A stretch of 64,000 bases of DNA from NCBI GenBank assembly GCA_963664305.2, contig CAXXLV010000001.1, positions 160,001 to 224,000 of the forward strand, written 5' to 3'. Positions within the stretch are counted from its first letter, which is position 1. Each line of letters begins with the position of its first letter. This DNA comes from an uncultured Aliarcobacter sp. GTDB taxonomy: Bacteria; Campylobacterota; Campylobacteria; Campylobacterales; Arcobacteraceae. Both the position numbers and the translations under genes were made by a program. This document shows, one piece after another, positions 42,628 through 56,798 of the stretch. The notes under the pieces are model-generated. The model had not been told where the DNA came from. It ran no database searches and saw only the letters and a program-made list of their open reading frames with translations.

Positions 42628-44015
42628 TGATTGATAAAAAACATTTAGATTACCTTACTTCTATTGTAGGTGAGGAAAATATAAAAAGCGATAAAGCTCA
42701 TTTAATCGCTTTTTGTTATGATGCAACAAGAACAAGATTTGAACCAGATGCTGTTGTTTTTCCAAGACATGAGCAAGATGTAAGTGATATTTTAAAATAT
42801 TGTAATGAACATCAAATTATCATTGTTCCAAGAGGAGCAGGTTCTGGATTTACAGGTGGTGCACTTCCTGCAAATGGTGGAATTATTCTTTCACTTGAAA
42901 GACACATGAATAAACTTCTTGAAATTGATATGGAAAATATGGTTGGTGTTGTTCAACCAGGACTTATCAATATGCAATTTCAAAAAGCAGTAGAAGAAGT
43001 AGGATTATTTTACCCACCAGATCCAGCAAGTGAAGAGTATTCAACACTTGGTGGAAATGTAAGTGAAAATGCAGGTGGAATGAGAGCGGCTAAATATGGA
43101 ATTACAAAAGATTATGTAATGGCCTTAAGAGCAGTTCTTCCAAATGGAGATATTATAGTTGCTGGTAAAAAAACTATTAAAGATGTTGCAGGATATAACA
43201 CAGCTGGGATTTTAATAGCAAGTGAAGGAACTTTAGCAGTTATCACTGAAATTACTTTAAAATTAATTCCAAAACCAAAATACAAAAAAACATATATGGG
43301 TGTTTTCCCTTCAGTTGATAGTGCAATGACAGCAGTATTTAAATCGCTTGCTGCTGGTGCAAATCCAGTTGCTATGGAATTTTTAGATGCACTTGTAATT
43401 AAAGCTTTAAGACAAAAATTCCCACAAATTTCACTTCCAGAACATGCAGGTGGAATTTTAGTTGGTGATGTTGATGCAAGTAGTGAAGCAGAAATTGAAT
43501 CTCAACTTCAAACTTTAAAAGAGTCATTTGCAGCAAATGGTTCTATTGATTTTATCATAGCACGTGATGAAGAAGAAGGTAAAAAGCTTTGGTTTGCTAG
43601 ACGTAATGCAAGTCCAGCAACAATGATTTATGGAACTAAAAAATTAAATGAAGACATTTCAGTTCCTAGAAGTAAATTACCAGTTGCATTAGAAGGAATC
43701 TATAAAATTGGTGAAAAATATGGATTCAATGTTCCTTGTTTTGGTCATGCAGGTGATGGGAATATTCACGTAAATGTTATGGTTAAAGACAAAACAAATG
43801 AAAAAGAGATGGAAGATGGACATAAAGCAATTGAAGAGATTTTCCAATATGTTGTTGATTTAGGTGGAACATTAAGTGGTGAACACGGAATTGGAACATC
43901 AAAAGCTCCATTTATGCATATTGCTTTTACAGAAGCTGAAATGAATCTATTTAGAAGTATTAAAAAAGCTTTTGACCCAAATAATATCTTAAATCCATTT
44001 AAAATGGGACTTTAA
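42627..44015 (+). CDS. glcD: FAD-linked oxidase, GlcD/D-lactate dehydrogenase family
   Basis: PRGAGSGFTGG, YPPDPAS, GHAGDGNIH, GTLSGEHGIG, DPNNILNP. Confidence 0.85.
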   Translation: MIDKKHLDYLTSIVGEENIKSDKAHLIAFCYDATRTRFEPDAVVFPRHEQDVSDILKYCNEHQIIIVPRGAGSGFTGGALPANGGIILSLERHMNKLLEIDMENMVGVVQPGLINMQFQKAVEEVGLFYPPDPASEEYSTLGGNVSENAGGMRAAKYGITKDYVMALRAVLPNGDIIVAGKKTIKDVAGYNTAGILIASEGTLAVITEITLKLIPKPKYKKTYMGVFPSVDSAMTAVFKSLAAGANPVAMEFLDALVIKALRQKFPQISLPEHAGGILVGDVDASSEAEIESQLQTLKESFAANGSIDFIIARDEEEGKKLWFARRNASPATMIYGTKKLNEDISVPRSKLPVALEGIYKIGEKYGFNVPCFGHAGDGNIHVNVMVKDKTNEKEMEDGHKAIEEIFQYVVDLGGTLSGEHGIGTSKAPFMHIAFTEAEMNLFRSIKKAFDPNNILNPFKMGL

Positions 44016-44021
44016 TGATAA

Positions 44022-44816
44022 ATGAATAATATAGAAGAAGAAAAAAGCTTTTTAAAGAAATTCATAAGAGGTTTAGATTCATTTTTTAATGATGACACAA
44101 CTTATTATGCTGCTTCTTTAAGCTTTTTTACTATCTTCTCTATTTTACCTATAATTGCACTTTTTATTGCAATAATCTCAAACTTTTCTGAATTTGATAA
44201 CTATCTAGATATTTTTATAAACTACATTTTTAGTCTTATCAATCCAACTCATTCAACTGACATTGTTGAAGCTTTAAAAAAATATATATCAAATTCTAAT
44301 CAATTAGGAGTATTAGGTATAGTTTATATGATTTTTGTATTTATAATGTTCTTTAAAGATTATGAGTATATTGTAAATAAAATTCATCATGCAAAAAGAA
44401 AATCAATTCATTTTTCATTCATATTCTATACTTTATATTTAATAGTTGTAGCTTTATTATTTACCATTTCAAATATTTTTCTATCTTTATATAAAAATGC
44501 AATTCTAGATATAATTATTTCATATGTTTTTGCTTGGCTTATATTTTTTAGTTTATTTAAATTTAGTGTTAATAAAAAAATAGATGACAAAGCTGCTATT
44601 ATATCTTCACTTTTAACTTTTATTGTATTAACTGTTACAAAGAATTTATTTATTTACTATGTAATTTATAATAAAACATATACGACGATTTATGGTTCAC
44701 TGGCAACTTTACTTTTTACTTTCTTTTGGATTTATATATCTTGGATTATTTATCTATATGGAATAAAAATGTGTCATAAATTAAATATGATAGAGGAATT
44801 AAAAAAAAGAATTTAA
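44022..44816 (+). CDS. YihY/virulence factor BrkB family membrane protein
   Basis: AASLSFFTIFSILP, YTTIYGSLA, WIYISW. Confidence 0.88.
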   Translation: MNNIEEEKSFLKKFIRGLDSFFNDDTTYYAASLSFFTIFSILPIIALFIAIISNFSEFDNYLDIFINYIFSLINPTHSTDIVEALKKYISNSNQLGVLGIVYMIFVFIMFFKDYEYIVNKIHHAKRKSIHFSFIFYTLYLIVVALLFTISNIFLSLYKNAILDIIISYVFAWLIFFSLFKFSVNKKIDDKAAIISSLLTFIVLTVTKNLFIYYVIYNKTYTTIYGSLATLLFTFFWIYISWIIYLYGIKMCHKLNMIEELKKRI

Positions 44817-44842
44817 AAGAGTAGAAAAACTTCTACTCTTTT
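44815..44842. terminator. Bidirectional intrinsic terminator between convergent genes
   Basis: AAAAGAGTAGAA-aaac-TTCTACTCTTTT, a perfect 12-bp inverted repeat. Confidence 0.8.
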
Positions 44843-44843
44843 A

Positions 44844-46577
44844 TTAATTTGAAGGTAAATCTATTTGAATAGTATTTTGAATTAATACTTTATAAGTTGA
44901 ATCTTCGCTATTAGAATATACATTATAATCAATGCTATCAATACTTTGAGTTCCTGAAGAACTCCATACACCACTATCTGAATCAACTAAACTTACATTA
45001 TCAGTAGTATCACCAATAATTTTTAAAATACGCTCTCCTGATGCATCAGTCATATCAACAACATCTGTAAAAGATAATTTTATTAATGAATTAGAATTAA
45101 CATCTGTAGCTAAATCAATTCTTTCTATATCTTTAATATTAGAGTTATCCACTGTAGAAAAATCTATCTCACTTCCACCTAATAATTTCAAAGTATCAAT
45201 TCCATCACTACTATCTACTTGAATATTTGTTTCAAGAGTATCTCCACCATTTGATTCAGTTGAAGTTACTAAAGCTTCAATGCTATCTTTTGGAATTTGA
45301 TTATCACTTACAAATGTATATTCACCATGTCCATTTTCATCTAATGGAATTAAAACCGTTTGTCCACCTATATTAACACTAACATCAGATAATGTTTCAC
45401 TTCCATCTGTATCAGTTAATAAAGCATCTACAGATATATCATATTCATAAGATGTAACCACATTATCAACTTCTTTAGTATATGGTTCAACCTCTTCCAT
45501 GATAGTTGCTTCATATGCATCAATTTGTATTGCTGAAGATCCATTTCCAGCTGTTCCTGTATGAATAATTTCAAAAGAATTAAATAAAGTTGAATTAGAA
45601 TAAGAGTGTTCACCATCAATCAATGTATTTCTTCCAACTTCATTTCCATCACTATAAAATATAATTTCACCATTTGCTTGACTTTGTCCATGATTATTTT
45701 CATTTGCAGTCAAATTAATATTTAAACTTATAATACTAGTATCTCCGCCTAAAGTTAATATTCCTGTAGTTTCTTTACTTCCTTTATTAAGAATAATCTT
45801 ATCATTTCCATTTAGTAAGATATTTATATCAGTATTTTTATAGTAATTATCTCCTATATTAAATATCCCTTCTGCTTCATTTTTTTCAGTATCAATAACT
45901 GTAGAAATTCCTATTTTATTATATTTAATAATCTCATTAACAATTGTATTTAAATTTACTTCAGAAGCAGTAGTATCAATTGTTGGTGTTTCTATTGGTG
46001 TTTCTGTTAGAATTATATTATTTGAAACATCAATAGTATCATTTGCTACAACTGTTTCATCAATAACAGTAGTAACAACTTCAGCATCTCTTAAATCAGT
46101 AGTGATATTAGTTTCACCAGCTGTTCTATCTTCCAATCTTAAAGGAACAATTCCAACTGGGTCAGTTGTTGTTTGATCACCACCTGCAGCTGCTGCATCT
46201 AAGTTTTCGATTTGAGCTAAAGTAAGATTAGCTTGTTCATTGTTTTGATTTGGAGTATCTTGTAGATTACTTGTTGCTTGTTCTAATAAGTCGCCAACTT
46301 CATTGTTTTTAACAACAGTATCTTCTGGAATTTCTCCAGATAATAATGTAATATCAAAAAGTTGTTCATTATTTCCAACTACTTGGATTTGACCTAAATT
46401 ATTTACCAAATTCACAAAAATTGAATTTATATTACTGTTTGATGAACTTCCAACTATCACATCACCTTTACTTAGCATAGCGCCCACTTTAGCAACTTCT
46501 AAAGTTCCATCTGGATGTTTTATAAAAAACGAACCATTTTCGAATGTAATTTTTCCAATTATATTTGCCATAGCCAT
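44844..46577 (-). CDS. Small LapA-like retention-module protein / T1SS substrate
   Basis: N-terminal retention-module pattern (IGKIT...DGTLEVAKVG..L..GDVI), LDAAAAGG, TDTDGSETLS Ig-like motif, C-terminal IERIDL...LKIIGD..D.V.L; acidic and Thr/Asn-rich. Confidence 0.75.
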   Translation of the reverse strand: MAMANIIGKITFENGSFFIKHPDGTLEVAKVGAMLSKGDVIVGSSSNSNINSIFVNLVNNLGQIQVVGNNEQLFDITLLSGEIPEDTVVKNNEVGDLLEQATSNLQDTPNQNNEQANLTLAQIENLDAAAAGGDQTTTDPVGIVPLRLEDRTAGETNITTDLRDAEVVTTVIDETVVANDTIDVSNNIILTETPIETPTIDTTASEVNLNTIVNEIIKYNKIGISTVIDTEKNEAEGIFNIGDNYYKNTDINILLNGNDKIILNKGSKETTGILTLGGDTSIISLNINLTANENNHGQSQANGEIIFYSDGNEVGRNTLIDGEHSYSNSTLFNSFEIIHTGTAGNGSSAIQIDAYEATIMEEVEPYTKEVDNVVTSYEYDISVDALLTDTDGSETLSDVSVNIGGQTVLIPLDENGHGEYTFVSDNQIPKDSIEALVTSTESNGGDTLETNIQVDSSDGIDTLKLLGGSEIDFSTVDNSNIKDIERIDLATDVNSNSLIKLSFTDVVDMTDASGERILKIIGDTTDNVSLVDSDSGVWSSSGTQSIDSIDYNVYSNSEDSTYKVLIQNTIQIDLPSN

Positions 46578-46699
46578 CTCCTTAGTAATATAATATATTT
46601 ATATCTAAGTATATAGCTTTTTCAAGATATTGTCTATTGTACTTAGGTGATAGAAGATAAATAAAAGAAGCCATAGAAAAAGAAGGCAGAAAGCGGGGC

Positions 46700-46755
46700 A
46701 AAAAAAAAGCTTCTGCTAAAAAGAACTTAAAGAAGTTCAAATTAGCAAAAGCTTT
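46700..46755 (-). terminator. rRNA operon terminator
   Basis: Minus strand AAAGCTTTTGCTAA...TTAGCAGAAGCTTT hairpin followed by a T-run, just after the 5S gene. Confidence 0.7.
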
Positions 46756-46770
46756 GAAAAAAACTCAAGA

Positions 46771-46886
46771 GCTGGCAGCGGCCTACGTTTCCACCAGGGG
46801 ACCCGGCAGTATTATCGGCGATGAAGTGCTTGACTTCCAGGTTCGGAATGGGACTGGGTATTTCCACTTCTCTATAGCCACCAGCA
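46771..46886 (-). rRNA. rrf: 5S rRNA
   Basis: CCCATTCCGAACC, GCCGATAATACT and GGAAACGTAGG on the minus strand; about 116 nt. Confidence 0.95.
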
Positions 46887-47031
46887 AAGTTGAGTAAAGA
46901 AGATATTATAAAAAATATACTCTTCACTCAACTCGTTTAGGAGTTAAGAAAAAATAATGTTAAAGTCTTTTCACAATATATACTAAATATAAGAAATATA
47001 TTTAATAAGATAGTAAACCAAAGAATTGTTT

Positions 47032-49944
<2,913 letters not shown>

Positions 49945-50241
49945 ATAAATAGAGTTAAACTCTATCGCTTTTTGATAATATTCTTTGGCTACTATCTTAT
50001 TAAACATATTATTTAAAATATATCCAATAAAATAATGTTGTGTTCTATCTAATTTCTTAGATATGAAATTTTTTTTGTTTTAAATTATTTAACATTTCTG
50101 TTATCTAATTCTTACGAAAAAATTAAAGACTTTAACATTATATTTTTAAATATCGTTTTGATTTTGAAAATCAAATATAAATTCAATCTCTTATTGAACT
50201 TATATTTAACTTTTAAATCAGATGAACTTATTAGTTATAGG

Positions 50242-50317
50242 TGGTGGAGAATAGCGGGATCGAACCGCTGACCTCCTGCGTGCAAAGCAGGCGCTCTCCC
50301 AGCTGAGCTAATTCCCC
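50242..50317 (-). tRNA. tRNA-Ala(TGC)
   Basis: GGGGAATTAGCTCAGCTGGGAGAGCGCCTGCTTTGCACGCAGG...CTCCACCA in the rRNA spacer. Confidence 0.96.
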
Positions 50318-50348
50318 AACCTAAATTAATCTTTACTAGATTATTTAA

Positions 50349-50425
50349 TGGTGGGCCTATCAGGACTTGAACCTGAGACCTCACGATTATCAGTCGAGCG
50401 CTCTAGCCAGCTGAGCTATAGGCCC
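50349..50425 (-). tRNA. tRNA-Ile(GAT)
   Basis: GGGCCTATAGCTCAGCTGGCTAGAGCGCTCGACTGATAATCGTGAGG...GCCCACCA. Confidence 0.96.
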
Positions 50426-50505
50426 CTTTACTACCTATTTAAATAATCTTTATAAACCGAATATAAAATCTCTGGAAGTAAGAAACGAATCTTACTTCTC
50501 TCTCT

Positions 50506-52024
<1,519 letters not shown>

Positions 52025-52229
52025 TTATAGAGTTTTTGAAACTGACAAATTTTATAACTCTTCAATTACAAAATTATCACTCAAATTTTATAGACAAGAT
52101 TTGTTTTACCAAATTTCTTGTTTTTATATTTTTTAACATTTATTCTTATTTTAAATCTAAATAAACATAGATTTTTTATAAGAGTTCTATATTCGGTTTA
52201 TAAAGATTACTTTACAAACTTTCATTCAT

Positions 52230-52241
52230 TTTTAAAGATCA
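52230..52241 (-). promoter_or_regulatory. boxA-like antiterminator in the rRNA leader
   Basis: Minus strand TGATCTTTAAAA, similar to consensus TGCTCTTTAACA. Confidence 0.6.
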
Positions 52242-52310
52242 TTCCAGACTCGATTGAATCGTTTCTCTTCAAGCTTTTCGTTTGAAGCGTTCCAGTCAAA
52301 TTGGACGGGA

Positions 52311-52339
52311 ATTATAATAGATTTTTATCTACTTGTCAA
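52311..52339 (-). promoter_or_regulatory. rRNA operon sigma70 promoter
   Basis: TTGACA (52339-52334), 17-bp spacer, TATAAT (52316-52311), then TCCCGTCC; A-tracts upstream. Confidence 0.85.
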
Positions 52340-52536
52340 TACCCTAACGCTGAAATGTAGCTTAAATTTTGAAATTTGTCGGCTTTACTATTCTTTTATT
52401 GCCTTTTTTATTCTTTTTCTTTTATTTGCTATGTTTTTCTTGTGTTTTTGTTGTTTTCTATTATTTTTTACGAAGAATTATTTTAAAAGTTTATATAAAA
52501 GGTAAAAAACCTTTTATATTTTTGATTGTAGATGGA

Positions 52537-53178
52537 TTATAAGTTAGAGATAAATGTAGATAATGCATCAATTTCTGCATCAGTTTTTGAATCAATTTGT
52601 GTTTTCATTATATTTTTCATTACGCCACCATATGTTCCAGCTTTATAACCATTTAATGCATTAATAATTCTTTCTTTATCCCAACCTGCAATAATTTGAG
52701 ATTTTCCTAAAGCTTCTTTTTCAGCTTTTTGTCCATGACAAGATGAACATGTTTTAAATAATAGTTCTCCATTTGGTCCTTCTTCAACTGTTTTTGAAAC
52801 TTCTTGAACTTCATTAGTTGCATTTGATATTGCTTCTTTTACTTCATTTTGTGTTTCATTTACTTTTTCAGCTACATTAGATACTTGAGTTGCTATTGTT
52901 TCTTTAACTTCTTGTGCAACAGGCGCAACAGCTTCTTTTAAATCTTGAACTGTATTCTCAGTTACTTTATTTGTTGCTTCTTCAACTGTTTTTGAAACTT
53001 CTGTTGCAGCAGTTGTTACTGTTTGAGATACTTCTTTTGCTGCTTCATTTACAACTTCTTTTGTTGTTTCTTGTTTTGTTGTAACCTCAGCAGTTGCTTG
53101 TTCTGTTTTTTTATCTTCACCACATCCACTTAATAGTAATACTGCAATTGCAGCTGAACTTAGTAAAATTTTATTCAT
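52537..53178 (-). CDS. Lipoprotein cytochrome c (c553-like) with a long repetitive linker
   Basis: Lipobox LLLSGC, A/E/T/V-rich linker, CSSCH haem motif, distal Met in GGVMKNIM. Confidence 0.88.
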   Translation of the reverse strand: MNKILLSSAAIAVLLLSGCGEDKKTEQATAEVTTKQETTKEVVNEAAKEVSQTVTTAATEVSKTVEEATNKVTENTVQDLKEAVAPVAQEVKETIATQVSNVAEKVNETQNEVKEAISNATNEVQEVSKTVEEGPNGELLFKTCSSCHGQKAEKEALGKSQIIAGWDKERIINALNGYKAGTYGGVMKNIMKTQIDSKTDAEIDALSTFISNL

Positions 53179-53250
53179 TTATTTTCCTTTTCTATCATAT
53201 TATTAAAATTTTATTTTTTATTATAACTAAACTATTGTATAAAAATTGTG

Positions 53251-55479
53251 TCAAAGACTTTTATATGTAAATACAAAGTCATTATCAAAATCAATTTTTA
53301 CAATTCCACCTTTTTTAAGTTTTCCAAATAATATCTCATCTGTTAAAGGATTTTTTATCTTATCTGAAATAACTCTATTTAATGGTCTTGCCCCCATTGC
53401 TTTATCATAACCTAATGTTGCTAACTCTTTTTTAGCTTTTGCACTAATTTCAATTTTTATTTTTTTATCTACTAATTGTTTTTCTAAATCTTCTATAAAT
53501 TTACCTGCAACTTTTGCAACAATATCCATACTTAATGAATCAAATGTCACAACTGCATCAAGTCTATTTCTAAACTCTGGAGCAAAGAATTTATTTATTG
53601 CTTTGTTTTCATTTAGTTTTTCATTTTTTGCAAATCCCATTACATTTGCTTCTGTTGCACCTAGATTTGATGTCATAATTAAAACTACATTTTGGAAATC
53701 TGCTTTATTTCCACTATTATCAGTTAATTCAGCGTTATCCATAACTTGAAGTAAAATTGACATTAAATCAGGATGAGCTTTTTCAATCTCATCTAATAAT
53801 AAAACTGTATGAGGATGTTTTCTTATAGCTTCTGTTAAAAGTCCACCTTGTTCAAATCCAACATAACCAGCAGGTGCTCCAATAAGTCTTGAAACAGTAT
53901 GAGCTTCCATATATTCACTCATATCAAATCTTTCAAAATGAATACCTAATTGAGTTGATAGCTCTTTTGCCACTTCAGTTTTACCAACTCCTGTTGGTCC
54001 ACTAAATAAGAAACTTCCTATTGGTTTTTTATCAAGTCCAAGCCCAGCTTTATTTCTTTTTATTGATTGAACTATAGTAGTTATTGCTTTATCTTGACCA
54101 AATACTCTTTTTTGCATATTTTTTTCTAAAGATTTAAGTAGTGTTAAATCTGATTTTGTTGCACTTCTTTCAGGAATATGTGCCATTTTTGCAACTGTTG
54201 TTTCTACATCTTTTGAAGTAATTGTTATATTATTTTCAGATTTTGTTTTCAAACTTGTTGATAAACTGATTTTTTTAGAAGCTCCAACCTCATCAATAAC
54301 ATCAATAGCACAATCAGGTAAAAATCTATCTGTAATATATTTTTTACTTAGTTCAACTGCGCTAGAAATTGCACTTTTTGAATATTTTACTCCATGGTAT
54401 TCTTCATATTTTGATTTTAAACCTTCTAAAATTAAAATTGAATCTTCAATACTTGGTTCTTCAACATCTACTTTTGCAAATCTTCTACTAAGAGCCTTAT
54501 CTTTTGCAAAATCATTTCTAAATTCACTAAAAGTTGTTGCACCAATACATCTTAATTTTCCATTTGCAAGCATTGGTTTTAAAATATTTGAAGCATCCAT
54601 GGCACTTCCACCAACACTTCCAGCGCCAACAATAGTGTGAATTTCATCTATAAATAAAATTGCATTTTTAATTTTTGATACTTCTTTTAAAAGAGTTTTT
54701 AATTTTTTCTCAAAATCTCCTCTATATTTAGTTCCTGCTAACATAGAACCCATATCTAAAGAGAAAACTTTTGATTTTAATAAAAATTCTGGAACTTGTT
54801 CTTGTGCAATTTTTAAAGCTAATCCTTCTGCAATTGCAGTTTTTCCAACTCCAGGTTCTCCTACAAGTATTGGATTATTTTTCTTTCTTCTACTTAAAAT
54901 TTCAATTACTCTTGAAACTTCTTTTTCTCTTCCAATAACTGGGTCTATTTCACCTTTTTTTGCTAAAGCAACAAGTTCAGTAGAATTTTTATCTAAAACT
55001 TTATTATCATTATCTACACCATTTTCTGAACTTTCATCTTCGTCATCATTATCTTTATGTGAAATCTCTTCAAGAATATCTACTCTTTGTATTCCTAATT
55101 TTTTTAATAAATATGTTGCATATGAATTTTCATCTTTTAAAATTGCAACAAACATATCTTCAACATTTGCATTTGTTTTTCCACTTGTTTGTGTATGCGA
55201 AACCATATATTCAATAGTTGAAGCTAAAGATAATGTTTCCATTGGTTCTTCATTTATATTTTGGTCTTCTGGAAATTTTGGAGTATTATCATCAATATAT
55301 TTTTTTAATTCATCAAATAACTTATTTGTATCAACTCCTAAATCTATAAAAAGATTTTCTATTGTTTGGTCATGTATTAACATTAAAAAGATATGCTCAA
55401 CAGTTAAATATTCATGTTTACTACTTTTTGCATAACCAACCGCTTGTGCAAAAATATTTCTTAATTCTTTACTTATCAT
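53251..55479 (-). CDS. clpA: ATP-dependent Clp protease ATP-binding subunit ClpA
   Basis: Two AAA+ modules (GEPGVGKT; GPTGVGKT), GTKYRGDFE, no ClpB middle domain, adjacent to clpS. Confidence 0.95.
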   Translation of the reverse strand: MISKELRNIFAQAVGYAKSSKHEYLTVEHIFLMLIHDQTIENLFIDLGVDTNKLFDELKKYIDDNTPKFPEDQNINEEPMETLSLASTIEYMVSHTQTSGKTNANVEDMFVAILKDENSYATYLLKKLGIQRVDILEEISHKDNDDEDESSENGVDNDNKVLDKNSTELVALAKKGEIDPVIGREKEVSRVIEILSRRKKNNPILVGEPGVGKTAIAEGLALKIAQEQVPEFLLKSKVFSLDMGSMLAGTKYRGDFEKKLKTLLKEVSKIKNAILFIDEIHTIVGAGSVGGSAMDASNILKPMLANGKLRCIGATTFSEFRNDFAKDKALSRRFAKVDVEEPSIEDSILILEGLKSKYEEYHGVKYSKSAISSAVELSKKYITDRFLPDCAIDVIDEVGASKKISLSTSLKTKSENNITITSKDVETTVAKMAHIPERSATKSDLTLLKSLEKNMQKRVFGQDKAITTIVQSIKRNKAGLGLDKKPIGSFLFSGPTGVGKTEVAKELSTQLGIHFERFDMSEYMEAHTVSRLIGAPAGYVGFEQGGLLTEAIRKHPHTVLLLDEIEKAHPDLMSILLQVMDNAELTDNSGNKADFQNVVLIMTSNLGATEANVMGFAKNEKLNENKAINKFFAPEFRNRLDAVVTFDSLSMDIVAKVAGKFIEDLEKQLVDKKIKIEISAKAKKELATLGYDKAMGARPLNRVISDKIKNPLTDEILFGKLKKGGIVKIDFDNDFVFTYKSL

Positions 55480-55483
55480 TGTT

Positions 55484-55783
55484 TTATTCTTCTTCCATAA
55501 CAGCTTTTAAAGGAAAGCCTTTTTCTCGAGCCATTGTTTTTACTTGTGCCACTTTTGTTGAAGCTATTTCATGAGTATAAGTTCCACATAACTCTTTTCC
55601 ATTATTATGAATATTAAGCATAATAACTGAAGCTTCATCTAATGATTTTCTAAATACTTTTACTAAAACATCTACTACAAAATCCATTGTTGAAAAATCA
55701 TCATTTAAAAGAAAAACATTATATTTCTTTGGCTCTTGTAAATCTAAATCATCATTTAATTCTATTTCTATTTCATTACTCAC
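55484..55783 (-). CDS. clpS: ClpS adaptor
   Basis: [32 protein letters not shown] start at 55783 chosen from the AAGG RBS. Confidence 0.93.
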   Translation of the reverse strand: MSNEIEIELNDDLDLQEPKKYNVFLLNDDFSTMDFVVDVLVKVFRKSLDEASVIMLNIHNNGKELCGTYTHEIASTKVAQVKTMAREKGFPLKAVMEEE

Positions 55784-55854
55784 TTCAAACCTTTGTTTTG
55801 ATAAAATCTCATTTTTAATAAAAAACAACCTATTATAACAAAAAAGAGATAATT

Positions 55855-56490
55855 ATGAAAAAAGATATCAAATATTATATAAACAAATCAATATTTATTA
55901 GTGCAACAAATACTGATGTTGGTAAAACTTATGCATGTGAAAAGTTTTTAAAATTTTTTGCAAAAGCTGGTTTAAGAGTTGGTTATTTTAAACCTTGTGA
56001 AACAGGAGTTATTGATAAACCACTAGATGGTTCAAAAATGTTTGAACTAACAAAAGAGTTAAATAAAGATTTTGAAAATGTAACTTTAAATGATGTTGTT
56101 CCATATCAATTTAGACTTCCTGCAGCTCCTTATGTTGCATCAAAAGATACTATTATAGATATAGAGTTTTTAAAAGAGAAAAAAAAATATCTACAATCTT
56201 TTTGTGATATTTTAATTATTGAAGGAGCAGGAGGACTTATGGTTCCTGTAAAAGAAAACTTATTTATGATTGATTTAATAAATATATTTGAAAGTGAAGC
56301 ATTTTTAATCACTCCTTCAAAACTTGGATGTATAAATGACACCCTACTCTCATGTGAAGCTTTAAAAAATAGAAATATTGATTTTGAATTTTTTATAAAT
56401 CTATTTCAAGATATAGATACATTTGATGAAGTTTCAAAACCATTTTTAATTGACTATTTTGGTGAGTTAAATTTCTTACAAAATTTATAA
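55855..56490 (+). CDS. bioD: Dethiobiotin synthase
   Basis: ATNTDVGKT, FKPCETG, IEGAGGLMVP, LGCINDTLL. Confidence 0.94.
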   Translation: MKKDIKYYINKSIFISATNTDVGKTYACEKFLKFFAKAGLRVGYFKPCETGVIDKPLDGSKMFELTKELNKDFENVTLNDVVPYQFRLPAAPYVASKDTIIDIEFLKEKKKYLQSFCDILIIEGAGGLMVPVKENLFMIDLINIFESEAFLITPSKLGCINDTLLSCEALKNRNIDFEFFINLFQDIDTFDEVSKPFLIDYFGELNFLQNL

Positions 56491-56497
56491 AAACTAG

Positions 56498-56528
56498 AAA
56501 AATTGGAAAATTTTTCCAATTTTTTTTT
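56498..56528 (+). terminator. Probable terminator after bioD
   Basis: AAAAATTGGAAAA-T-TTTTCCAATTTTT palindrome followed by a T-run. Confidence 0.6.
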
Positions 56529-56798
56529 AATTTACGATTTTTTTAGTCTTAATTTTCACTAGTTTTTTAATACTTTTTTACATTTTTTTCACACAACTTT
56601 AAGTTTTCTTTCCCTAACTTTAGGGTTTTATTAGAGTTTTTTAATTCTAAACTTAAATTTATTTACTATTTCAAAAGACATAAAAACAATTCATTTTAAA
56701 TTGTGTATAAATTCTGTATTAGTTTTCATGTATAATATTACGTTTACTAAACATGGAACAAATAGCATTAAAATCAAATTATGAAAGGTAGATAAAAA

